Source: an uncultured Chloroflexia bacterium | Lineage (GTDB): Bacteria; Chloroflexota; Limnocylindria; Limnocylindrales; CSP1-4 | DNA length: 64,000 bases | NCBI GenBank assembly: GCA_963778805.1 | Contig: CAVZVT010000005.1 | Location: 293,838-357,837 of the forward strand | Direction: 5' to 3' | Shown: one piece after another, positions 50,580 through 61,065 of the stretch | Layout of the letters: each line of letters starts with the position of its first letter | Numbering within the stretch: position 1 is the stretch's first letter | Made by a program: the position numbers and the translations under genes | Notes under the pieces: generated by a model | The model's input: only the letters and a program-made list of their open reading frames with translations | Told to the model about the DNA's origin: nothing | Database searches by the model: none

Positions 50580-50647
50580 GGCCTCGTCGGCGACCTGCCC
50601 AAGCCGTTCGTGCGACGATGTAGCGGCATCAACACAAGGAGCGGGAC

Positions 50648-51098
50648 ATGACCGAGAACCACGAAACCCACGACACGTCGTCCAGCGGCACGCCCAAGGC
50701 GAGCGGCGCGACCGCGATCCTCGAGTCGCTCCGCGAGGCGTTCGACGACCTGACCGAGCGCGCCACGCCGGCCGTCCGCGAAGTCTCCGCGCGGGCCGCC
50801 GAGCTCACCGCGATGGCCGCGACCAAGGCGGCCCCGTACGCCCGAAAGGCCGGCGACGTGACGGCCGACGCCAGTGGCAAACTCGCCGACCGGTCGCGTA
50901 CCTGGGCGGCCGAGCTGCGATCGACGATCGATGGCGCGACCACCGATGCGACGGATGCCAGCCGAGGCCACCGCCGACGCGGCCGCCGATGCCGGCGACG
51001 CCGCCTCCGATGCCGCTGACGCGGTCTCCGACGCGGCGGAGCACGTGACCCGGCCCGTCGTCGATCCGTCGCCCGCGCCGGACGCGCCGGCCTCCTGA
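50648..51098 (+). CDS. hypothetical Ala/Asp/Thr-rich low-complexity protein, C-terminus probably frameshifted near 50960
   Basis: GGAGCGGGAC RBS plus ATG. First frame ends with an Arg/Cys tail. The +1 frame continues AADAGDAASDAADAVSDAAEH... to stop at 51098. Confidence 0.35.
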
Positions 51099-51141
51099 GC
51101 CAGTCCGGCCGGACGCTCGCGTCTCGCTATACTTCGCGGCC

Positions 51142-51657
51142 ATGAGCGTCCGTCCGATCGTCCTGCTGGGCGACCCCCGTCTCCGCCTCAAAGGCCTCCC
51201 TGTCGAGAGCTTCGGCAAGTACCTGCACGAGCTGCTCGGCGATCTCGCGCACACGATGCGTGACGCCCCTGGCGTCGGACTGGCGGCACCGCAGCTGGGC
51301 GAGCCGCTCCAGGCCTGCGTGATCGAGGTCGAGAACCACCTCTACGAGCTCGTCAATCCGCAGATCGTGCGCTCGAGCGGCGACGACCGGGACCTCGAAG
51401 GGTGCCTGTCCATCCCGGGCTACGTGGCGTACGTCACGCGTCGCGAGAAGGTGTGGGTGGTCGCCCAGGACCGTCATGGTCAGAAGATCAAGGTCGCCGG
51501 TTCCGGCCTGCTCGGTCGGGCGCTCCAGCACGAACTCGACCACCTCGACGGGAAGCTCTACATCGACTACCTGGACTCGATGGATGAATTGATGGCGGTC
51601 GGGCAGGGCGACGAGGACGACGCCGAGGTCCGCGAGGCGACGAGCGCCCTGGCGTGA
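51142..51657 (+). CDS. def: peptide deformylase
   Basis: GVGLAAPQLG, EGCLSIPG and HELDHLDG metal-binding motifs. Confidence 0.9.
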   Translation: MSVRPIVLLGDPRLRLKGLPVESFGKYLHELLGDLAHTMRDAPGVGLAAPQLGEPLQACVIEVENHLYELVNPQIVRSSGDDRDLEGCLSIPGYVAYVTRREKVWVVAQDRHGQKIKVAGSGLLGRALQHELDHLDGKLYIDYLDSMDELMAVGQGDEDDAEVREATSALA

Positions 51658-52608
51658 CACGGACCGGTCCGGTCCGGACGGTCTTCATCGGCAGCGGCGG
51701 GTTCGGCCGCGAAAGTCTGCGGCGGCTCGTCGACCATCCGGCGATCGATCTGGTCGGCGTGGTGACCGCGCCCCCTCGACCATCGGGCCGCAAGGCGACC
51801 ACGACCCCCACGGTCATCGGCACGCTGGCGAACGAGCTGCGATGTGCCCGCCGTCCTGACACCGGAGCGTCTCCGCTCGCCGGACTCGATCGATGCGGTC
51901 CTTGCCCTCGCGCCGAGCCTGCTCGTCCTCGCCGACTACGGCCGGATGGTGCCGATGGCGCTCCTGGACCTGCCCCACCGGGCGCTCAACCTCCATCCGT
52001 CGTTGCTGCCCAGGCATCGCGGTGCCACCCCGATCCCGGCGACCATCCTCGCGGGCGATCGCGAGACCGGCGTGACCCTCATGTGCATGGACGACGGCCT
52101 GGACACCGGACCGATCGTCGCGCAGGTGCGGGTCGCCCTCGACGGCACGGAGACGACGCCGGTCCTCGAGGATCGATTGGAGGTGATGGCGGCGGATCTG
52201 CTGGCATCACGACTCGGGCCGTGGGTCCGTGGCGAGCTACCGGCCGAGCCGCAACCGGCCGTCGGCGCGACGATGACCCGGCCGCTTCGACGCGAGGACG
52301 GTCGGCTGGATCCACGCGCGTCCACCACCGAACTCGCGCGACAGGTCCGGGCCTACCAGCCCTGGCCCGGTTCGTTCATCGATACGGCTGTCGGCAGGAT
52401 CATCGTGTGGGCGGCCGACGACTCGGGTGCCCCGAACGACGGGGAGGACCCCACGCCGGGTCGCATCGGTGCCCTCGGGATGTCCGCAGCGGATGGTGCC
52501 TGCCTCGCGTTCCGTGAGGTCCAGCCGGCCGGCGGCCAACGGATGTCATGGGACGCGTATGTGCGCGGTCATCCGGCCGTCGTCGGGAGTCAGGTCGTCG
52601 TCGAGTGA
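51654..52608 (+). CDS. fmt: methionyl-tRNA formyltransferase with an apparent single-base insertion near 51843
   Basis: N-terminal frame: VFIGSGGFGRESLRRL...VVTAPPRPSGRK. Remainder in the +1 frame: NLHPSLLPRHRGATPIPATILAGDRETGVTLMCMDDGLDTGPI. Overlaps the def stop. Confidence 0.85.
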
Positions 52609-52632
52609 GCGCGCTGCGGTAGCATCGCCAAC

Positions 52633-53829
52633 GTGACCACCGCAGACGTGACCATCGACGACCGCCCGGGTATCTCGGGTCTGCCACCCGAGGACGTCGC
52701 GGCCTGGGTCGCCTCGCAGGGACAGCCCGCCTACCGCGCGCGGCAGGTCCAGCAGGCCGTCTGGGACGGTGGGGGCTCGACCGATCCAGCGACGATCGCG
52801 ACGCTCCCGATCGCCCTCCGGACGGCCCTGGGCGACGCGTTCCGCTTCGATACCGTCGCGGATTCGGAGGTGCGGGTCACCGACGGCGGGCTCACCGAGA
52901 AGGCTCTGCATCGGCTGGCCGATGGCGCGCTGGTCGAATCCGTGCTCATGCACTATCCGGCACGATCGGGTCAGCGGGAACGCCACACGCTGTGCATCTC
53001 CAGCCAGGCCGGTTGCGCGGTGGGTTGTCCGTTCTGTGCGACCGGCGAGCTCGGCTACACCCGCGACCTCTCCACGGCCGAGATCGTCGATCAGGTCCGA
53101 CATGCCGCACGTCGACTCGCGGCGGACGGCAAGCGGCTGACGAACATCGTGTACATGGGGATGGGCGAGCCATTGCTCAACCTCGACCGGGTCCTGGCGT
53201 CGGTGGAGGCCCTCAACGACCCGGACCGGTTCGGTCTTGGGGCGCGGCACATCACGGTCTCCACGTCGGGGGTCGTGCCCGGCATCCGACGGCTCACCGC
53301 GCTGGGACCGCAGTTCACCCTGGCGATCTCGCTCCACGCCGCCCGCGATGCGTTGCGCGACGTCCTCGTCCCGTTGAACCGCCGCTGGCCGGTCGCGGAG
53401 GTGGTGGATGCCGCCCGCGCCCACGGTCGATCGACCGGACGTCGGATCAGCTACGAGGTGACCATGATCGGCGGCGTGAATGACACGGCCCTCGATGCCG
53501 AGGCGATGGCGTCCCTGCTCCGGGGCGATCACGCGCATGTGAACCTCATCCCGATGAACCCCGTCGCCCACACCCCATGGACGGCCAGCCCGATGCCCGT
53601 GATCGAGGCGTTCGCCGCGACGCTCCGTGAGGCCGGCATCGGCACGACGATCCGACGCAACCGCGGCCAGGAGATCGGTGCGGCGTGTGGTCAGCTGGCG
53701 GCCGAACGAAGTGGTGAGCCGACCGCGCCCGCGGTCGCCCGCCGGCGCGAGCTGCTGGTCGTGGCGAGCACGGCGGCGCTCCGCGGCGAGCGAAGCCACG
53801 AGCCGGCACCGGCCGGGGTGGGGGAGTAG
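52633..53829 (+). CDS. rlmN: 23S rRNA (adenine2503-C2)-methyltransferase RlmN (radical SAM)
   Basis: Radical SAM CxxxCxxC (CAVGCPFCATG), MGMGEPLLN, and the C-terminal cysteine (GAACGQL). Confidence 0.9.
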   Translation: MTTADVTIDDRPGISGLPPEDVAAWVASQGQPAYRARQVQQAVWDGGGSTDPATIATLPIALRTALGDAFRFDTVADSEVRVTDGGLTEKALHRLADGALVESVLMHYPARSGQRERHTLCISSQAGCAVGCPFCATGELGYTRDLSTAEIVDQVRHAARRLAADGKRLTNIVYMGMGEPLLNLDRVLASVEALNDPDRFGLGARHITVSTSGVVPGIRRLTALGPQFTLAISLHAARDALRDVLVPLNRRWPVAEVVDAARAHGRSTGRRISYEVTMIGGVNDTALDAEAMASLLRGDHAHVNLIPMNPVAHTPWTASPMPVIEAFAATLREAGIGTTIRRNRGQEIGAACGQLAAERSGEPTAPAVARRRELLVVASTAALRGERSHEPAPAGVGE

Positions 53830-53831
53830 CC

Positions 53832-54827
53832 GTGGGGACCGGCCGGGCCCGCGTCGCCGCGAGCATCCTTGACGCCGACCTCTCGAACCTGGCGCACGCG
53901 ATCCGACGCGTCCAGAACGCGGGCACGGACCGGGTCCATCTCGATGTCATGGACGGCCACTTCGTCCCGAACCTCACGTTCGGCGCCAGGACGATCAAGC
54001 ACCTCCGCCGACGGACGACGCTCCCGTTCGATGCCCATCTGATGATCAGCGAGCCCGGTCGCTATCTCGAGGAGTACCTCGACGCGGGCTGCGACTCCAT
54101 CACGATCCACGTCGAGATCGACGAGCCGATCGAGCCGACGCTCCGCGCGATCCGCGCGGCTGGTCGAGCCGCGGGCCTGTGTCTCAAGCCCGGGACACCG
54201 CTCTCGGCCCTCGAGCCCTACGAGGACCTGATCGACATCGTGATGATCATGACCGTGGAGCCCGGGTTCGGCGGCCAGTCCTTCATGAAGGAGGTCGCCC
54301 GCGACAAGATCCTCGCCGCGCGTCACTACCTGCGCCACAAGGTCCATGGCGGCGAGGTCCATGTCGATGGCGGGATCAACCGCGAGACGGCCGAATTCGC
54401 CGGTGGTCTCGGCGTCGATGTCCTGGTGGTCGGCTCGGCCTTGTTCATCAAGGGCCACGACATGGGTCGGGAGATCCGGCTGATCCGTGCGCTGGCCGAC
54501 GAGGGCTACCAGTTCACGTTGAACGGAGGCGAGCCGCCGATCCCTCGCGACCGGATGGTCCGCTTCACCTCGCTGCCGAAGCATCTCGCCCGGCCTCTGA
54601 TGGACGAGATCGAGGCGGGCGGTGTCCCGGTGATCATGCTTCGCGGCAACGGGGTCATGAACCCGGATGGGGTTCGCGACTACGACCTGCTGGTCCCGGC
54701 GACCGTCGAAGGCATCGTCGAAGCGCGACACGCCGCGGCCCGCGACCAGGCGCTGGTCGAGGCGGAGACCTGGCGCGTCGCGTTCATCGCCGAACATGGG
54801 GTGATCCCGCCGCCCACGATCGGATGA
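53832..54827 (+). CDS. rpe: ribulose-phosphate 3-epimerase carrying a ~100-aa C-terminal extension of unknown function
   Basis: Rpe core ([34 protein letters not shown]) ends near residue ~225 (ALADEG, ~54510). A further ~100 in-frame codons with coding-like GC3 follow. Confidence 0.85.
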   Translation: MGTGRARVAASILDADLSNLAHAIRRVQNAGTDRVHLDVMDGHFVPNLTFGARTIKHLRRRTTLPFDAHLMISEPGRYLEEYLDAGCDSITIHVEIDEPIEPTLRAIRAAGRAAGLCLKPGTPLSALEPYEDLIDIVMIMTVEPGFGGQSFMKEVARDKILAARHYLRHKVHGGEVHVDGGINRETAEFAGGLGVDVLVVGSALFIKGHDMGREIRLIRALADEGYQFTLNGGEPPIPRDRMVRFTSLPKHLARPLMDEIEAGGVPVIMLRGNGVMNPDGVRDYDLLVPATVEGIVEARHAAARDQALVEAETWRVAFIAEHGVIPPPTIG

Positions 54828-55270
54828 GAGCCCTCCTCCAGCGCGTGTCGAGCGGATCCGTCCGGATCGACGGCGAGGTGGTCGGCACCATCGACGCCGG
54901 CCTGGTGATCCTGCTCGGCGTCGGCCCGGACGATGACGAGCAGGTCGCCGACGAGCTCGCCCAGAAGGCCGTCGGTCTGCGGATCTTCCGCGACGAGGAC
55001 GGCCGGACCAACCGGTCGTTGCTGGAGACAGGGGGCGCGGCCCTGGTCGTCTCGCAGTTCACGCTGTACGCCGACACGCGGCGAGGCCGACGGCCAGGGT
55101 TCACGGGTGCGGCCGCGCCGGAGCTGGCGGATCGGCTCTACGAGCGGTTCGTCTCTACGATCCGGTCTGCGGGCGTGACCGTGGCGACCGGACGGTTCGG
55201 AGCGGAGATGTCGGTCGAGCTCGTCAACGACGGCCCGTTCACGATCTGGCTCGACAGCGCCGAGCGGTGA
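54824..55270 (+). CDS. dtd: D-aminoacyl-tRNA deacylase
   Basis: [21 protein letters not shown]...[17 protein letters not shown]...[10 protein letters not shown]. Start overlaps the rpe stop (ATGA). Confidence 0.9.
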   Translation: MRALLQRVSSGSVRIDGEVVGTIDAGLVILLGVGPDDDEQVADELAQKAVGLRIFRDEDGRTNRSLLETGGAALVVSQFTLYADTRRGRRPGFTGAAAPELADRLYERFVSTIRSAGVTVATGRFGAEMSVELVNDGPFTIWLDSAER

Positions 55271-55295
55271 CGCCGCGACCCGCGGCGTCGCGGTC

Positions 55296-55493
55296 CTACT
55301 TGGAGGACTTGTTCTGGGTCCGCCGGCAGCGCGTGCAGACGAGCGCCTTCGTGGGGACGCCCTTCTGATCGATGACGAGGGTCTGGAGGTTGGGCTGCAT
55401 GCGGCGATGCGCACGGACGCGGTTCATCCCGACCGACTGGGGGTTGAAACCGGCCATCGACGTCTTGCCGCAGATCGCGCAGGAGCGGGCCAT
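55296..55493 (-). CDS. rpmB: 50S ribosomal protein L28
   Basis: MARSCAICGKTSMAGFN...VCTRCRR. Confidence 0.9.
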   Translation of the reverse strand: MARSCAICGKTSMAGFNPQSVGMNRVRAHRRMQPNLQTLVIDQKGVPTKALVCTRCRRTQNKSSK

Positions 55494-55627
55494 GCGAGGT
55501 CCTCAGGTAGGTGATCAGGGGGACTCGAGCCGGGACCGGCCCGAACGGAAGCGGTAGGATACCACAAGGCCTCCGACGCTCTGCTCGGACACCGCCCGAC
55601 CCGCCCTGCGAGGAGGACGACGCCCGC

Positions 55628-56051
55628 GTGTCATCCGAGAAGACCCCCGGCCGTTCGCTCGTGACCCGGCGCGCCATCGTCGACGTCGTGCGAGCGGCGA
55701 CCCTTGGGTCCTACGGCGTCGCCGGCGTCGCTGGCGGTCCGGTCGGACGGCTGCTGGCCCGGTTCGATCTCGCTCACCCAGGGATCACGGTCCGCATCGC
55801 CGGTGGCGTCGACATCGACCTGGACCTGGTGGTCGCGCTCGGCGTCCCCGTCGCTGAAGTGGCCCGCCAGGTGGACTCGGCCGTTCGGTATGCGCTTCGA
55901 CACACGCTCGGCGTGGACGTCCGCGAGCTCCACATCCACATCGATGGCGTGCGGGTCCAACCCGGCGGCGCCCCACCGATCGTCGTGGAGACCGATCCTG
56001 GCGCAGATCCGGCTTCGCGACCTCGCCGAGAGCGGGACGGACGTGGCCTGA
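55628..56051 (+). CDS. Asp23/Gls24 (YloU-like) alkaline shock family protein; 3' end probably frameshifted so that it appears fused to yloV
   Basis: Asp23 domain (AIVDVVRAATLGSYGVAGVAGGPVGRL...GVDVRELHIHIDGVRV). A TGATG stop/start junction in an alternate frame at 56049-56053 suggests the native stop. Confidence 0.6.
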
Positions 56052-57737
56052 TGCCCCGCCGATCGTGCGACGGCCCCGGTCTGCTGGAGGCGTTCCGTGC
56101 GGCGACGGCCAATCTCGAGGCCCACGTCGACGAGATCAACAACCTCAATGTCTATCCGGTCCCTGACGGCGACACCGGTTCGAACATGGCCGCGACCGTC
56201 CGAGCGGCGCTCGAGGAGGCGGAAGGCGTCGCCGGTGGATCCGTCGAGCGGGTGGCGGCCGCGATCAGTTTCGGAGCGCTCATGGGGGCCCGCGGCAACT
56301 CGGGCGTGATCACGAGCCAGATCTTTCGCGGGATGGCCGATGGACTTGCCGGCAAGCGTCGCTTCAACGGGCTGGACCTCGCGCACGCGCTCGCCGAGGG
56401 CGCACGGACGGCCTACGCGGCGGTCGCCAAGCCCGTCGAAGGCACGATCCTGACCGTCATCCGCGAGTCAGCCGATGCCGCCGTCGCGGCCGCTGCCCAC
56501 AGCGAGGACATCGAGACCGTCCTGGCCGCGACCGTGGATGCGGCCGAGAAGTCCGTGGCACGGACCCCGACCCTGCTGGCGATCCTGCGCGAGGCGGGTG
56601 TCGTGGACTCGGGTGGCCAGGGTCTGTATCGCCTCTTCCAGGGGGCGCTGCTGCATCTCGTCGGGCAGACGCTCCCGACCGAGGCCCACGACCGGACCCC
56701 CAGCGGACCCAAGCCGTCCACGCTGGTCGCCCATGCCGACGAAGGGTTCGGCTACGAGACGATGTTCCTGTTGCAGGCCACCGGTGCGACCCCGCTCGAT
56801 GTCGATGCCATCCGCCGGCATCTCGAGATCATCGGCGAGTCGGTCCTCGTGGCGGGTGACGGTCGCGCCCTCAAGATCCACGTGCACAACGAGCAGCCCG
56901 ACCTCGTGATCGGGTATGGCCTCACGCAGGGCACGTTGTCGCGGATCAGCGTCGAGAACCTGGACAACCAGGCGCGCGACGTCCGGGAGGCCAAGGCGGC
57001 CGAGTTCACGACGGAGTCGGGAGGGCATGGCGCCAGTGCGCACGCGAAGGCCAGCGCGGCCGGGGGCGTTGGCATCACGCTCCCGCTCGGCGTCGTGGCG
57101 GTCGTCTCCGGCGACGGTCTGGCCGCGATCTTCCACGACTTCGGTGTCGCGGCGGTCGTCCAGGGCGGTCAGACGGCCAACCCGAGCACGGGCGAGCTCC
57201 TCGATGCCATCGGGCGGGTCGATGCCCGCGAGATCCTCATCCTCCCCAACAACCCGAATGTGATCCTTGCGGCCCGTCAGGTCGCTTCGATGACCGACCG
57301 TCCGGTCGTCGTCGTCCCGACGCGCAATGCCGCCGAAGGCTTCGCGGCCCTCCTGGCCCTCGACCCGACCCTCGATGCGTCCGCGAACGCCGAGCCGATG
57401 ACCGATGCGGCGCCGGGCGGTCCAGACGATCGTGGTCACCGAGGCGGTGCGCGATGCGACGATCGGTGGCCACAAGGTCAGACGCGGTCAGACGATCGCG
57501 CTGGACCCCGACGATGGGCTGGTGGCGGTCGACGCGGATCGCGAGACCGCGGTGGTGGCCGCGGTCAAGACCCTCAAGCCCGGCTTCGAGTTGATCACCG
57601 TGTTCTATGGCGATGGAGCGGACCTGGTGGAGGCAGAGGGGATGGTCCGTCGGATCGGCGCGATGCATCCGGGGATGGACGTCGAGGTTCGGCATGGTGG
57701 CCAGCCCTACTACCGATATCTGATCGCCGCGGAATAG
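56051..57737 (+). CDS. yloV: DAK2 domain fusion protein YloV (DegV-like C-terminus), apparent frameshift near 57410
   Basis: N-terminal Dak2 region (NLNVYPVPDGDTGSNM, GARGNSGVI). C-terminal region in a second frame (VTEAVRDATIGGHKVRRGQTIAL...GGQPYYRYLIAAE). Confidence 0.8.
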
Positions 57738-57738
57738 C

Positions 57739-59962
57739 GTGCCCAGCACCACCGGGACGCCCAACAAGGCCGGTGCGGCGCGCAAGGCGGCCGCGGTCCC
57801 GCCGCCGCCCACGGACCCCGTGGAACTCCTCTCGACGCCGCTGGCGAGATCCGGTCTGACCGCCGCGGCCCAGCTTCGTCGAACGGGCATGCGCCTCGGC
57901 ATCTACGACGTCCGCGACCTGTTGTTCCATCTGCCGCGTCGATACGACGACTTGCGCGAGATGCTCCGACTGGGCGACCTGATCCACGCCGAGCTCGGGA
58001 CCGTGGTGTCCGCTCGCGCGGTGGTCGGGGACGTCCGGGTCGAGCCGACGTTCCGTCGCCGCGTCCAGCGGACCATCGCCACGTTCGAGGATGACAGCGG
58101 GTCCATCCAGGCGACCTGGTTCGGGCGCCGCTTCATCGAGCGCCGACTCCACGTCGGGAGCGAGGTCGTCGTCTCGGGTCGCCTGAAGCGGTTCGGGCGC
58201 GAGCTCACCCTCGACAACCCGGAGTTCCAGACGATCGAGGACGGCGATCCCGAGGTGTTGCACGCGGGTCGCATCGTCCCGGTCTACCGGCTCACCGGCG
58301 GGTTGACGGCGGCTCGCCTGCGGCTGGCGATCCGCGAGGCGCTCGACCGAGCCGGGTCCGGCTACCCGGAGTACCTGCCTGGCTCGATCATCGGCGACGA
58401 AGGTCTGACGGGCATCGTGCCGGCGCTCGAAGAGGCGCACTACCCGGCGAGCTTCGACGGTCGCGACGCGGCGCTCCGGCGGCTGGCCTTCGACGAACTG
58501 CTCGCGCTCCAGCTCGGCATGGTCGCCCGGCGTCGGCAACGAGCCCGGATGGCCGCACCGCAGATCGAGGTCCCGGACGCCGCCGACGCCCGGATCCGAG
58601 CGACCCTGACCGCCGCGCTGTCGGTCCGTGTCGGCCGGCCGGTGACGCTCACCGAAGACCAGGGGATCGCCGTGGAGCGGATCCGCGGCGACCTCGCGCG
58701 AACGTCGCCGATGCTGCGGCTCCTCCAGGGTGATGTCGGTTCGGGCAAGACCGCGGTCGCCGCGTACGCCCTCGCCGCGGTGGCCGGGCAGGGCCTCCAG
58801 GGCGCGCTGCTCGCCCCGACGGACCTCCTGGCGCGACAACATGTCGAGACCGTCGGGGCGCTCCTGGCGGACCTCGGGGTCGGCGGTCACGCTCCTCACG
58901 GGATCGCTGAAGGCCGAGGGCCGGGCGAAGGCGCTGGGTGACATCGCCACGGGTCAGGCGACCGTCGTGGTGGGAACGCACGCGCTGATCCAGGAGTCCG
59001 TCGTCTTTCGCGACCTCGGCCTGGTCGTGATCGACGAGCAGCACCGGTTCGGGGTCGGGCAGCGGGACGCCCTCGAGGCGAAGGCCGGTGGTCGTCCGCC
59101 GCATGTCCTGCTGATGACCGCGACACCCATCCCGCGCACGCTCGGCCAGGTCCTCTATGCCGACCTCGACGTCACCGATCTCCGGACGCCACCGGCGGGA
59201 CGCGTGCCGATCCGGACGGGGATCCGTCGACCGGATGAACTGGCCGGGACGTGGCAGAAGGTCCGCGACGAGGCGGCCGAAGGCCATCCGACGTTCGTCG
59301 TGGTGCCGCTCATCGACGATTCGGGCGAGGAGGGGACCGGTGCCGTCGCCGCGGAGAGCGAGGCGGTCCGCCTGCGGGCCTTGCTGGCACCACTCCGCGT
59401 CGGTCTGGTCCACGGCCGGATGAAGGCGACCGATCGCGACGCCGAGATGACGCGGTTCCGCGACGGCGAGCTCGATGTGCTCGTCGGGACGACCGTCGTG
59501 GAGGTGGGGGTCGACGTCCCGGCGGCCACGATGATGATCATCGAGGGCGCGGATCGATTCGGTCTGGCGCAGCTCCACCAGTTGCGCGGCCGTGTGGGTC
59601 GCGGGACGGTCGAGTCCTACTGCGTGCTCGTGTCGGACTCGATCGACGAGGTGGCCCAGGCGCGACTCAAGGCCGTGGCGGAGCTGCGGGATGGGTTCGA
59701 CCTTGCCGAACGCGACTTCGAGCTGCGACGCGAAGGCGACGTCCTCGGGCTCGTCCAGAGCGGGCTGCCCCAACTCCGGGTCGCATCGCTCGCCCGCGAG
59801 GATCACCGAGCGCTGGCCGTCCGGGCGCGTGGCCATGCCGAGGCGCTGCTGGACGAACGGGGTCGGTGGCACGATGGCGGATCGGCGCTCGTCGCCGAAC
59901 TGGCCCATGGCTGGCTTCGACGGGTCGCGAGCGGTGATGCGGACGCCGATGTCGACGATTGA
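57739..59962 (+). CDS. recG: ATP-dependent DNA helicase RecG with an apparent frameshift near 58885
   Basis: Wedge/OB domain and Walker A (QGDVGSGKTAVAA) in the first frame. Helicase motifs II-VI in the second frame (VVIDEQHRFG, LLMTATPIPRT, HGRM...VLVGTTVVEVGVDVP, QLRGRVGRG). Confidence 0.85.
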
Positions 59963-60515
59963 TGCCGGCCGGGTCATCGCGGGGCGGGCTCGCGGGATCC
60001 GGCTGATCGGACCCGGACCGATGACCCGACCGATGGGGGACCGCCTCAAGCAGACCCTCTTCGCGATCCTCGAGCCAGACCTGCCGGGGGCGGCGGTCCT
60101 CGACCTGTTCGCCGGGAGCGGCGCCGGGGGCATCGAGGCACTGTCGCGCGGGGCCGCCAGTGCCACCTTCGTCGAGCGCGACCCGGGCGCCTGCCGGGTC
60201 ATCCAGGCCAATCTCGAGCGGACGCGACTGGCCGGCCCGACCGTGCGCGTCGAAGGCACCGACGTGCTGCGCTGGCTGGCCCGCACCAGCGATGCCGGGT
60301 TCGATGTCGTCATCGTCGACCCGCCCTACGATCACCCCGACGTCCTGATCGCGTCCCTCGAGCAGCTGGGTCCGCATCTGACATCGGGCGCGCGCGTCAT
60401 CGCCAAGCACGCGTCGACGACGTCCCCGCCGCCCGTGGTCGGGCTGCTAGCATCGGAGCGCGAACGTCGCTTCGGTGAGACGACGCTCACCTTCTATCGG
60501 CGCCAGGAGGACTGA
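59949..60515 (+). CDS. rsmD: 16S rRNA (guanine966-N2)-methyltransferase RsmD
   Basis: VLDLFAGSGAGGIEALSRGA SAM-binding motif and IVDPPY catalytic motif. ATG overlaps the recG 3' end. Confidence 0.85.
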   Translation: MSTIDAGRVIAGRARGIRLIGPGPMTRPMGDRLKQTLFAILEPDLPGAAVLDLFAGSGAGGIEALSRGAASATFVERDPGACRVIQANLERTRLAGPTVRVEGTDVLRWLARTSDAGFDVVIVDPPYDHPDVLIASLEQLGPHLTSGARVIAKHASTTSPPPVVGLLASERERRFGETTLTFYRRQED

Positions 60516-61009
60516 TGCGCATCGCGGTCTACCCGGGCTCGTTCGATCCCGTGACGAACGGTCATCTCGATATCGTCGAGCGCGCCGTCGCCGTGTTCGA
60601 CCGGGTCATCGTCGGGGTCCTCGCCAATCCGCGAAAGACGCCGCTCCTTCCGGTCGAGACACGGATGCAGGTCCTCGCGACATCGATCGCGGCCGCCGGG
60701 CTGGGCGAGGACCGGGTGACCGTCGCGTCCTTCGACGGGCTGACCGTGGACTTCTGCCGCACGGCCGGGGCCTCGGCGATCGTGCGCGGTCTGCGGGCCA
60801 TCAGCGACTTCGAGACCGAGATGCAGCTCGCCCACAACAACCGCGTCCTCGCCCCGGCGGTCGACACGGTGTTCTTCATGACCTCGGTCGCCAACGGCTA
60901 CGTCAGCAGCAGCCTGGTCAAGGAGATCGCGGGCTTCGGTGGTGACATCACGACGATGGTGCCACCGGCGGCGCGGGCGGCCACCGTCGAGGCTCTGACG
61001 CGACGCTGA
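60515..61009 (+). CDS. coaD: phosphopantetheine adenylyltransferase
   Basis: AVYPGSFDPVTNGHLDIVERA (HxGH), ISDFETE and MTS...YVSSSLVKEI motifs. Confidence 0.9.
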   Translation: MRIAVYPGSFDPVTNGHLDIVERAVAVFDRVIVGVLANPRKTPLLPVETRMQVLATSIAAAGLGEDRVTVASFDGLTVDFCRTAGASAIVRGLRAISDFETEMQLAHNNRVLAPAVDTVFFMTSVANGYVSSSLVKEIAGFGGDITTMVPPAARAATVEALTRR

Positions 61010-61065
61010 ACCCATGGTCCGCGTGCCATACTTGATGTGACGCGTGCCGGGACCCGACCGCCGAG

